From the IMG/VR virus record IMGVR_UViG_3300031853_000007, positions 1 to 64,000 of that record: a stretch of DNA of 64,000 nt. One strand, 5' to 3'. The stretch is from a virus (lineage: Duplodnaviria; Caudoviricetes). How positions within the stretch are numbered: position 1 is the first letter of the stretch; every line of letters starts with the position of its first letter. Positions 18,676-26,989 of this stretch are shown in pieces. The notes below the pieces were generated by a model that worked only from the letters and a program-made list of their open reading frames with translations, was not told the origin of the DNA and searched no databases. Position numbers and translations under genes: made by a program.

Positions 18676-19768
18676 TATTAGACCTCCTTTGCCTAGCTTG
18701 TTGTTTATCATATCTCGATATTTGTTTCCGCAATTTTCTTAAATCAACATATGGATTAATGTGTGTTTGAAACCAGTTATAACAATCGGCATATTTTCGA
18801 TACCCTGAATACGTAACCATTTGTCGAGCATCATGTATGTTTGCTCTTCCTTTTTTATAGATACGCTTTGCCTTTCGCTGCATTTTTAGAGCAAGTTTGC
18901 GCCTAAACCCCACATGGGTTCTGTAAAACTTGAATCCAAGAAAATCGAGAAAGCGACCTTTCTTCTTTCTACTTCGGGTACTATCCATAAAGAATACTTG
19001 CCAATTATTTTTCAAGCACAAATGTAACTCTTGTTCCAAATAGTCTTGTATCTTGATTCTTAATTCATGAAGCTTTCTCTTATTAGAGCCGAAGATTACC
19101 ATATCATCCATGAATCTTACACTATGTACAGCTCTCCACTCTTCTTTGATTTTATGGTCAAGTTCCGTTAACAAAAAATTGGCAAACCACTGAGATGTTG
19201 TAAACCCCAGTGGTATACCCTTGTCTACTGTGTGAATAATTTTTTCGATAATTTCCATATAGTTCTTATCTCTAATAAGCTTATTAAGTTTTGCAATAAG
19301 AATATCTTGGTCAACAGAATCAAAGAATTTCTTGATATCTATTTTTAAACAGTATTTAGTAGATGAGTCGTTTTTGTAAATCCACTTCTTAATTGTTTTA
19401 ACAGCTTTATGAGTTCCGCGATTTGGGATACTAGCGTATGAGTGTTCATACATACCTTTCATAAAAATCGGTTTCAATACATTAATTGCTGCATGATGTA
19501 CTAACATCTCTCTAACTGTTGGTACGATGATAGTCCTCTTTTTGGCAGAAATACCGTCATTTATCTCGATTGGCTTATGTTTAGGTGGCTCAAAATTAAG
19601 AATCCATCCGCGAACTATTTCAATATATTCATCGGCGTGTTCCGCCATATAGCGCAATCGCCTATGCCGTCTATTGTTCTTACGTTTATTTCTTGCAGCT
19701 TCCATAATAGCAAGTCGGATATTATCATCTGATAACATCTTTTCATAGAGGTTGTTGTATGATTTCAT
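18659..19768 (-). CDS. DGR reverse transcriptase
   Basis: K.RTI, HHA, LKIDIKKFFDS, GIPLGFTTSQ (DGR-type SQ), RFMDD, DFLG; adjacent TR/VR pair. Confidence 0.96.
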   Translation of the reverse strand: MKSYNNLYEKMLSDDNIRLAIMEAARNKRKNNRRHRRLRYMAEHADEYIEIVRGWILNFEPPKHKPIEINDGISAKKRTIIVPTVREMLVHHAAINVLKPIFMKGMYEHSYASIPNRGTHKAVKTIKKWIYKNDSSTKYCLKIDIKKFFDSVDQDILIAKLNKLIRDKNYMEIIEKIIHTVDKGIPLGFTTSQWFANFLLTELDHKIKEEWRAVHSVRFMDDMVIFGSNKRKLHELRIKIQDYLEQELHLCLKNNWQVFFMDSTRSRKKKGRFLDFLGFKFYRTHVGFRRKLALKMQRKAKRIYKKGRANIHDARQMVTYSGYRKYADCYNWFQTHINPYVDLRKLRKQISRYDKQQARQRRSNNVVQN

Positions 19769-19919
19769 TGGTTTTAATCTCTCCTTTATCCTCTTATATT
19801 CTCATCCACGTTGGGTATAACATTGGTTGGCTATTATACTTACTAACAGATGCTTGCTAACGAACTTTATTTTTAGCAAGGGCTAAGGAGAATGTGGCGC
19901 ATTATTAATATGTAACCAT

Positions 19920-20034
19920 AAGAGAGCGCGGCGGCGATGTTCCAGTTCGCATTCCCGACCGTATTGTTCAGATTGAAATACGAAGAACCGCAATCAACCC
20001 CATTGTGCGAGTCACCGCCGACCAAAGCAAAGGT
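19920..20034 (-). repeat. DGR template repeat (TR)
   Basis: 115-nt ungapped copy of 20204-20318; 13 of 15 mismatches are at TR adenines (minus strand); seven AAY codons in the VR frame. Confidence 0.95.
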
Positions 20035-20125
20035 CGCGCCACAAACCCCACAATTCATTTAAATTGTATAATTAAAATTTGCAAGAGAATATATTATTAT
20101 GTTATTGATTGTCTATCGTTTATTT

Positions 20126-20149
20126 AGGGGCAACGCAAGCGTTTCCCCT
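20126..20149. other. GC-rich hairpin downstream of VR (DGR homing cruciform candidate)
   Basis: AGGGGCAACGC-AA-GCGTTTCCCCT, about 30 nt after the target stop codon. Confidence 0.7.
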
Positions 20150-20177
20150 CTTGCCAGTCGCTATCGCTCCTGTCAAT

Positions 20178-22406
20178 TCACCCCTTCTGAGCAAGCGGTT
20201 TTAAAGAGGGCGCGGCGGCGATGCTCCAGGCCGCACTCCCGACCGCAGCGTGCAGAGCGAAACACGAAGAACCGCAAACAACCCCATAGTGCGAGTTACC
20301 GCCGACCAAAGCAAAGGTAGTGGCAGCGTTATTGGTGTACCAATAGTCGCAATACCTAGTAGTCGCGCTTCCACCCGTGGTAACAGAAGGTAAGTAATAT
20401 CCAAGCGCATTGAATCTTGCTTTAGCCATATAACCACTTGCAGGTCTCACGTTCGTATCAATGTAATATCCTGTGCCAGTCGTATTATAGCCATCTGCCG
20501 TAGTGCCGTCCGCTGTACCATAAGTCATCTTAACTGCCGTAGTCCCGTTCGATAAGCCTATAAGTCCAGCCGTTCTGTGCCATGCTAAACCCCACCAGTT
20601 CTCCATACCAAAGACCTTGACCGCTGTTGTACCATTAGCGGTAGAACCGTAGAATAGACCCTTGTTATTAAGTGAGCCAGTAACATACGCTTCTTTACCC
20701 GCCTGCGAACCAGTATCTATGCCACGACCAAAAACGCCCTGAGAGTCAAGCGACTTTCCCATCAGTATAAGCAATCCGTTAATCAGCATACGGTCGCTCC
20801 ATACATCTATGTACCATTCGGTATCGACAGTAGTATTATTAGCAGTAGCACAAGCAATCTCTGTCTGACCAGTTGTGCCTCCGTTGCCGTTAGCGGCTGT
20901 AAGTGCAATACCGGAAAGCGAACGAAGTCTCGTTGTTACCGAAACCTGCTCCCACTTAGAACTATCCCAAGCCCCTGCTGTTTCAATCGCTGTAATGCAC
21001 TTGTACTCCGCACTATTGTACGTTACATGGTCATTAACCGCGTAAGTAGATGTTGTACTGAAAATAGGCGCAGATGTACCGTTATATATAGCCGTATAGA
21101 AGTGGTCTGTAATATTATTCTTACTATCGTAGTTACACCAGCACTTGTAAGAGGTATCAACTCTATGATTTGATACATAGAAGTATCCTTCTCCCTCGGC
21201 TGTACCCGCTTCGTATTTCCACCAAATTAAACCCCACTCCATCATAGCGTTCCCATCGTAGTCGAGATTAGCTATATCAGAAGCAGTACCGTCAACCTTC
21301 TTTGTATAATCGTTTGGGTTCAGATAATAGTCCACTGTTCCATTCGATCTGACCATACAAGGCTTCGGCATAAAGAAAGCATTTTTCCATGAGCCGTAGT
21401 TAAATGAGGTTGCTCCCATAGCCGCAGGCTCCATACCTACTGCGTCCATGAGGTAGGTCACAGCATCGGACGGGTCGCTTTCATCGGGATCAATGTGGAA
21501 GCCGTATATGATAGGTTTATCGGAATCACCGTCTGTAATGTAATAATTCTTCCCGTCAACGTACTTGCTCGCGGGGAGTGCATCATATTCAGCCTGTGTC
21601 AACTCAACGTCCCACGCCTTGGGGTACTTATCATTAAGATTCTCTGTAACGACTTTATTCTGTACAGGATTAGTTGAACTTTCGCTAAGGGCAGAGTCTA
21701 CAACTGTTTTATTTGCTTCGGTTTCAACGCCTGACAATTTAGTCTTTTCCGCAGTTGTAAAATCTTCTGTACTCAACCCTTTGCCATTAACCTTGTCAAC
21801 CTTATTAGCAATATTGGTTGCATTGGTTGCTATCTGGCTTAACTGTCCAGATGTGGCGAACTTGTGAGCAGCGTTGGTATCGTCAACCAAATCTGCATCT
21901 AATTTATTCTGCGAATCAATCTTAGTCTGATAACCACCAACAACAAAAGCATAAATTCCACCGCTTGTTACGAGATTTGTACTATTCTGAGTCGGAACAT
22001 TATCCACGTCTTGGTCATCAGTAATAATAACTAATGTACCCTCTGCAAGCGTAGATTCGACAGCCGCATATTCAGCCTGAGTACCGACCCAAATTGCATT
22101 AAGCCCAAGCTCGTCAAGTGTAATATTTCCAGTCAAAGTTACACCGTTTATCTGCGGTTTGCCAGTAACATTACTATAAGGAAACGCATTAAGCAGAGCA
22201 GTAAGAACTGCGTTTTGCACAGGGTTTGTAGATTGTAAGTTTAACTGATCGTCAACGATTATTCCCAATTCAGCAAGTGTTAAATCTCCTATAAGAGTAG
22301 TCCCACCAATAGAAGGCTTATTGTCCAAAGTTTCGTAATCAGTAGTACCACCGCTACCTCCGTTGCCTCCCGTTAAGGCAAGAAGTCTCGCAAAATTATC
22401 TGTCAT
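20178..22406 (-). CDS. DGR target: tail fibre/adhesin with C-terminal C-type-lectin-like variable domain
   Basis: STNPVQN repeats, GKGLSTEDFT motif, FGMENWWG..W, GG..S...GV.CG in VR. Confidence 0.9.
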   Translation of the reverse strand: MTDNFARLLALTGGNGGSGGTTDYETLDNKPSIGGTTLIGDLTLAELGIIVDDQLNLQSTNPVQNAVLTALLNAFPYSNVTGKPQINGVTLTGNITLDELGLNAIWVGTQAEYAAVESTLAEGTLVIITDDQDVDNVPTQNSTNLVTSGGIYAFVVGGYQTKIDSQNKLDADLVDDTNAAHKFATSGQLSQIATNATNIANKVDKVNGKGLSTEDFTTAEKTKLSGVETEANKTVVDSALSESSTNPVQNKVVTENLNDKYPKAWDVELTQAEYDALPASKYVDGKNYYITDGDSDKPIIYGFHIDPDESDPSDAVTYLMDAVGMEPAAMGATSFNYGSWKNAFFMPKPCMVRSNGTVDYYLNPNDYTKKVDGTASDIANLDYDGNAMMEWGLIWWKYEAGTAEGEGYFYVSNHRVDTSYKCWCNYDSKNNITDHFYTAIYNGTSAPIFSTTSTYAVNDHVTYNSAEYKCITAIETAGAWDSSKWEQVSVTTRLRSLSGIALTAANGNGGTTGQTEIACATANNTTVDTEWYIDVWSDRMLINGLLILMGKSLDSQGVFGRGIDTGSQAGKEAYVTGSLNNKGLFYGSTANGTTAVKVFGMENWWGLAWHRTAGLIGLSNGTTAVKMTYGTADGTTADGYNTTGTGYYIDTNVRPASGYMAKARFNALGYYLPSVTTGGSATTRYCDYWYTNNAATTFALVGGNSHYGVVCGSSCFALHAAVGSAAWSIAAAPSLKPLAQKG
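20204..20318 (-). repeat. DGR variable repeat (VR)
   Basis: 3' end of the 742-aa target gene; A-to-N differences from TR. Confidence 0.95.
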
Positions 22407-22423
22407 TTATTTCACCCCTTTTC

Positions 22424-22624
22424 TTATTCTTCCGCAGGTTTAGTTCTCCATTGCTGATTTTCAGCATCAAATATATAAGGAATCCACGTATCTATCTCAA
22501 AGAAAATAGAGAACTGCGGAATACGTGCGCCTTTCCACATCGTAGGCTTCTCGTCAGTCGAAAGTCCTGTAAGGAACAACTCTTTCTGGTTCTTATCATC
22601 GCCACGAGTGTTAAGTTCTACCAT
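22424..22624 (-). CDS. Small hypothetical protein
   Basis: RBS AAGGTGG; GLSTDEKP...S.F.EIDT motif. Confidence 0.7.
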   Translation of the reverse strand: MVELNTRGDDKNQKELFLTGLSTDEKPTMWKGARIPQFSIFFEIDTWIPYIFDAENQQWRTKPAEE

Positions 22625-22689
22625 ATAAAACCCACCTTTCATTAGATATAATTAAGGCTCCCGCAGATTATCTACGAGAGCCACACGTT

Positions 22690-24054
22690 TTACTTTAGCT
22701 TCTTATACAGTTTGTTTATGAAGTTTACACCAGCAATTCCGTTCTGCTGATACTTCCACTTTTTAAGTAGCGCGTTTACCACCTTGATACTACCGCCACC
22801 AAGACCAGTAGTATCATCAAGCTTGCCATCTACAAGTCCTTTGTTTACCGCAAGTTTGAGCAAGGTCTTTAAAGCGAGAGCTTCGTAGCCCTTGTCACCC
22901 TTTTTATACCCAGTCTTATCAAGTATAGGCAGATCAGCAGGTTTGGTGTAACCATTCTTTCCTGCTTTCTTGATAATCTTAGGATAGTTAACGTAGCAAT
23001 AATCCATATCAACTGTACCACTGATACTATCAACCTTGCCAGTCGAAGAATACTGCCACATACCATAAGGCGCACCTGTATATGTACACTTGGTATTATA
23101 CTGAGCTACCCAAAGTGCATACTTCTTTGCAACTGCGGGGCTAACTCTATCATTCAGATAGTAAGTGGAACAATACAGTCCAGAGTAGTAACCCGCCTTT
23201 TCGAGAGTATCACAGAAAGCGGTAACAATACTATCGCAGAAAGCCTTGCCCTTATTGTACTGACTCTTTTCTTCCATATCAAAATAAATAGGATAATCAA
23301 ACTGCTTACCCTTTAACATCTCGATACAGCTCTGAGCTTCACGCTTGGCAGCTTCGACGGACTGCGCGTAGCTATACCAATATCCTCCCACACCTAATCC
23401 TGCCGCTTTAGCCGCCTTATAGTATTCCTCAAACTTCGGGTCTTTTTGATTGGGATAAGATATTGTATCACCATAACCCATATGGAGTATCACATAATCA
23501 ATACCGCTTGCTTTAACCTTTTTAAAATCCACGCTAGTCTGATAACCGCCGTGAATATCTATACCTTTAGAAAATACGTTCATAGTATTATCTTCCTTTC
23601 CCTTTCCTTTAATTCTTGTCTGATCGTTGGGTCTAAGAACACCAAGGACATGATTATAGTTGTGTTTTATACGATTACAGGAATCATGTTTACCCAACCA
23701 ATTCTGATCGTAAGAATAGAAATATGTGGTATCACCATCCCCGTCGCAAATAGCAACGTGTCCCCACTTGCCATTAAGACTGGTACCCCAAACCATAATA
23801 TCTCCACGCTGAGGGATAAACGATGGCGTATTTGCTATTCTTGTGAAGTTTTTAGTCAGCTCTTCGTGTGAGTCAAAATATGTATAATACGCATAAGCAT
23901 CACCCCATGCGCCCGCCTTAATCCCGAACACCTCATCGAGATAATACTTTATCAGATCAACACATACTGCACCCGCCACTCCATCATAGTTCATAGCTCG
24001 TCCAATATGTTTTTCAAGAAACTCGTCGAAAGTTAAAAGCTTTGTAAGTGCCAT
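22690..24054 (-). CDS. Endolysin: CHAP-like + GH25 muramidase + C-terminal binding domain
   Basis: CVDL...GHVAI..DQNW (CHAP); GID....Q...DF.KVK, YPIYFDME, LWVAQY, MWQYSS, VDMD (GH25). Confidence 0.93.
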   Translation of the reverse strand: MALTKLLTFDEFLEKHIGRAMNYDGVAGAVCVDLIKYYLDEVFGIKAGAWGDAYAYYTYFDSHEELTKNFTRIANTPSFIPQRGDIMVWGTSLNGKWGHVAICDGDGDTTYFYSYDQNWLGKHDSCNRIKHNYNHVLGVLRPNDQTRIKGKGKEDNTMNVFSKGIDIHGGYQTSVDFKKVKASGIDYVILHMGYGDTISYPNQKDPKFEEYYKAAKAAGLGVGGYWYSYAQSVEAAKREAQSCIEMLKGKQFDYPIYFDMEEKSQYNKGKAFCDSIVTAFCDTLEKAGYYSGLYCSTYYLNDRVSPAVAKKYALWVAQYNTKCTYTGAPYGMWQYSSTGKVDSISGTVDMDYCYVNYPKIIKKAGKNGYTKPADLPILDKTGYKKGDKGYEALALKTLLKLAVNKGLVDGKLDDTTGLGGGSIKVVNALLKKWKYQQNGIAGVNFINKLYKKLK

Positions 24055-24064
24055 AACTCTCACC

Positions 24065-24484
24065 TCACTTTCCAAAGATTGCAGGAGCGATTGTCCCAAG
24101 TACAAATGCAGCTATTCCAGTAACAATTATCATCATCACTTTACTCTTAATTTCCTCATACGTCTTTGCCTTAGATATCAACCGCTCGTTGCGAACATCA
24201 GAAATCTCAGTTTTCATTTCAGTTCTCATTTCCGACAACTCATTTCTTATCATAGCCTGAGAAGCCTGAGTATCCGACTGCACATCTTTCATTTCGGAGA
24301 TATCGTTTTTAAAGTGAGTCATATCCTGAGCAATTAGTTCAACAGAAGTAGCAAGGCGATTTAATACCTTGTTATCCTCTTTAATACCTTTAATATCCTC
24401 TTTCATCTCGTTTATCTGATGAGTGTTACTTTTGGCTCGTTCACTTGCCTCAGTAATAATCTCTATGTATTTCTCATCCATCAA
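24065..24484 (-). CDS. Coiled-coil protein with C-terminal TM (holin-associated)
   Basis: RAKSNTHQI..., one C-terminal hydrophobic helix; between holin and lysin. Confidence 0.7.
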   Translation of the reverse strand: MMDEKYIEIITEASERAKSNTHQINEMKEDIKGIKEDNKVLNRLATSVELIAQDMTHFKNDISEMKDVQSDTQASQAMIRNELSEMRTEMKTEISDVRNERLISKAKTYEEIKSKVMMIIVTGIAAFVLGTIAPAIFGK

Positions 24485-24861
24485 GAATCACCGTCCCGAT
24501 CTTGGACGTTGAAACTATCTATTGTCCCGTTTTCAAGTGCGCCAATAAGCCGCTTAACAGCCGAATCACTCTTGTTCATTTCAGCTACCGCACTTTCAAT
24601 CAGTACCACGATTTCCTCATCGTCAACCTTGATACCTTTAGATTTTAAGAGGGCTATTGCCTTCTCTGTTGCAAGACTTAATTTCTCCTTGCCGTGAACA
24701 TCATTAAAGACCTGCTCGATATACTTAACAGTATCTTTAACTACAGTTCTCTTGATATCAGTATTAATTAATTTCTTAGCTTTATTTGCGAGAATACCAA
24801 CGATAATGATAAGTACGTACTCAACTATCTTTGGTAAGTATTCCATTACGATTTCTTTCAT
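24481..24861 (-). CDS. Holin (LL-H family-like)
   Basis: N-terminal TM; V..IEQ....GKEKL..A...L..KGI....IESAV pattern. Confidence 0.82.
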   Translation of the reverse strand: MKEIVMEYLPKIVEYVLIIIVGILANKAKKLINTDIKRTVVKDTVKYIEQVFNDVHGKEKLSLATEKAIALLKSKGIKVDDEEIVVLIESAVAEMNKSDSAVKRLIGALENGTIDSFNVQDRDGDS

Positions 24862-25961
24862 ATGACCTCGCTCCTTTCTTTGGTTTGAGTAACTTCGCCC
24901 TCATGAATATTAACTCGATTATTAGTTATTGCGGCAGGGATTTCAACTGACGCACCAACAGAGTTTAACCTCCCTTTGAGACACCAATTGCCATTGTCGT
25001 TTTGATATACCGAGTATGCCACACAATCATAAATCAAAGGTTCTAACTCAGATCTAGCGAATAGCGGAGTTGTATCACCACCACCACCGTTATATCCCAT
25101 AATTAGGAAAAGTATAAATCCATACTTTGAAATGTCCGGGTAACTGATTGGGGATCTAGCTAGGGTTCCTATTACTGTTTTAGGTTTCAACATTGATTGA
25201 GATATAGTCATCTGAATACAGTAGTATGTGATATTATCATCTGTTTCAATACTTTGTTCTAGTTGTATTGTTCTTGTTTCCATTACATATCTGTTTCGTT
25301 CAAGAGTAGAATCCCATACTGCTGTATAAACCGGAATCTGAATATGATTGTACACATATAAGTCGTTTTGCGTATCTTCTGCTATAGCCCCATACTGTAC
25401 TTCTTGATTGTTATAGAAACGTGGTATCCAATTAAAATGCAAATTGACTCCATTATATGCCGGACAATTAGCAGAATAAAAATAATAATCGTCTTGCGAC
25501 CATGTGCCGTGTTCGTCTATAGCGGGGATATAAGCACCCTTGCTAATACTTCCTAAAGATACGTTGGTAAAATCAATTGTATCATAATCATCGGCAACAT
25601 CATAGGTGTAAGACGTTATATACTCACTTTGTTCCTCGTTTAACAGATATGAGTTTTTTATATGTGTTTCTATATCAATAGGTGGGTCATGTTGAACAGC
25701 CGAACTAAAGTTATAGTCAACACTTAAACCATTTTTTATCGCAACATAACCATCAGAAATCTCTTTCCAATAGTGGATCCATACACCATCGCCCACAGAT
25801 AGATATTCTCCGGTCTTGTTTAATAAATTGATTTGTGTATCAGAATCCCTGAGTTTAACTAATACAACAGCATTATTATCACTAACTGATACCACTCGCC
25901 CTGTTGTTCTTCTTATATACTCCTGTTGGTCTAATACCTTAATGATTTCATTATCTATCAT
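24858..25961 (-). CDS. Putative tail tip protein, paralogue B
   Basis: Shares INLLNKTGE.LS.GD.VW..YW....DGY.A..NG block with the upstream gene. Confidence 0.65.
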   Translation of the reverse strand: MIDNEIIKVLDQQEYIRRTTGRVVSVSDNNAVVLVKLRDSDTQINLLNKTGEYLSVGDGVWIHYWKEISDGYVAIKNGLSVDYNFSSAVQHDPPIDIETHIKNSYLLNEEQSEYITSYTYDVADDYDTIDFTNVSLGSISKGAYIPAIDEHGTWSQDDYYFYSANCPAYNGVNLHFNWIPRFYNNQEVQYGAIAEDTQNDLYVYNHIQIPVYTAVWDSTLERNRYVMETRTIQLEQSIETDDNITYYCIQMTISQSMLKPKTVIGTLARSPISYPDISKYGFILFLIMGYNGGGGDTTPLFARSELEPLIYDCVAYSVYQNDNGNWCLKGRLNSVGASVEIPAAITNNRVNIHEGEVTQTKERSEVI

Positions 25962-25977
25962 ATAATATCACCACCCA

Positions 25978-26982
25978 TTAGCCGCCAGAAGAAATTATCT
26001 CTCGTTCAGAAGTCAGAGCGATAGCATAATTATACTCATCCATATTTCTAAATGGGGTAGCGGTTCTTGTTAGACCTCTAGCAAGCCCAATTATTCTTTC
26101 GTTTGTTGTCCAGTACATCAACGCATTTGCAGAATAACAAATAGCTAATGCCGCATGAGCAGTTGGCAGATTCTGAAATGAAGTCAAAGTAGAATTAGGC
26201 GCATCTATTGAGTCATAAATAAAAATTAGACCAGTGTTAGTTAATGCGCTTGGAGAGGTCGTATAACCGGGACAAGGTTCATACCAAGCGGGTACCTCTT
26301 CGCAGAAAACGCCCAATTGGTAACTCCACTGCGTTCCGGAATACCTTACGTGTGCTATCTTTAAAAAGTAAGTATACTCATTTCCCGCAGTAAATTGATA
26401 CTCATTGGGAATCCAATAACTCTTAACCTTATTAGACCATAAACGTTCACTCATTGAAGTGACACGATTATTTAATTCTGCGTACCCATCAGTTTCAGTA
26501 CCATAACCAATATAGCTTGCACCTGACGGGTATGTATCAACATCCATAGCTAACGCAGTATATTTGTTGAGTATAATAGCGTTATTGGTGTTGCCATAAT
26601 ATGTTTTGACTTTATTCGCAGTATCTACAGTTCTAACTACCTTTGAGATATTATAAACCGTATCCTGTTGTTCAGTTATTACAGCCGCATTTTCTAAACC
26701 GCCAATATTCAACGCTTCTCCATTACGCAGTGCAATATATCCATCAGTTAAGGTGTGCCAATAATACACCCATACATGGTCGCCCTCTGATAATATCTCT
26801 CCTGTTTTATTCAACAGATTCAGACTCTTATCTCCAATCTGAACATTGGCAACAGCATAGTTTGTATCGGGAACAACATAATTGATTACACCTGCGACAC
26901 GCTTGATTATATCTTTCTTTTTGTAGTATTCATCAAACGTTTCATTTAGATAGCCTAAAAGACTGTTATCACCCATAGACAC
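25978..26982 (-). CDS. Putative tail tip protein, paralogue A
   Basis: LNLLNKTGEILSEGDHVWVYYWHTLTDGYIALRNG block; position after hub-like gene. Confidence 0.65.
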   Translation of the reverse strand: MSMGDNSLLGYLNETFDEYYKKKDIIKRVAGVINYVVPDTNYAVANVQIGDKSLNLLNKTGEILSEGDHVWVYYWHTLTDGYIALRNGEALNIGGLENAAVITEQQDTVYNISKVVRTVDTANKVKTYYGNTNNAIILNKYTALAMDVDTYPSGASYIGYGTETDGYAELNNRVTSMSERLWSNKVKSYWIPNEYQFTAGNEYTYFLKIAHVRYSGTQWSYQLGVFCEEVPAWYEPCPGYTTSPSALTNTGLIFIYDSIDAPNSTLTSFQNLPTAHAALAICYSANALMYWTTNERIIGLARGLTRTATPFRNMDEYNYAIALTSEREIISSGG

Positions 26983-26989
26983 ACCACCT

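Noticed and set aside
18659-19768. RT as a group II intron, retron or Abi RT
   Set aside because: The SQ motif and an adjacent adenine-specific TR/VR pair identify a DGR; no maturase or endonuclease domain is evident.
19873-20058. 61-aa ORF similar to the DGR target C-terminus
   Set aside because: It is the template repeat read in the VR frame; no clear RBS.
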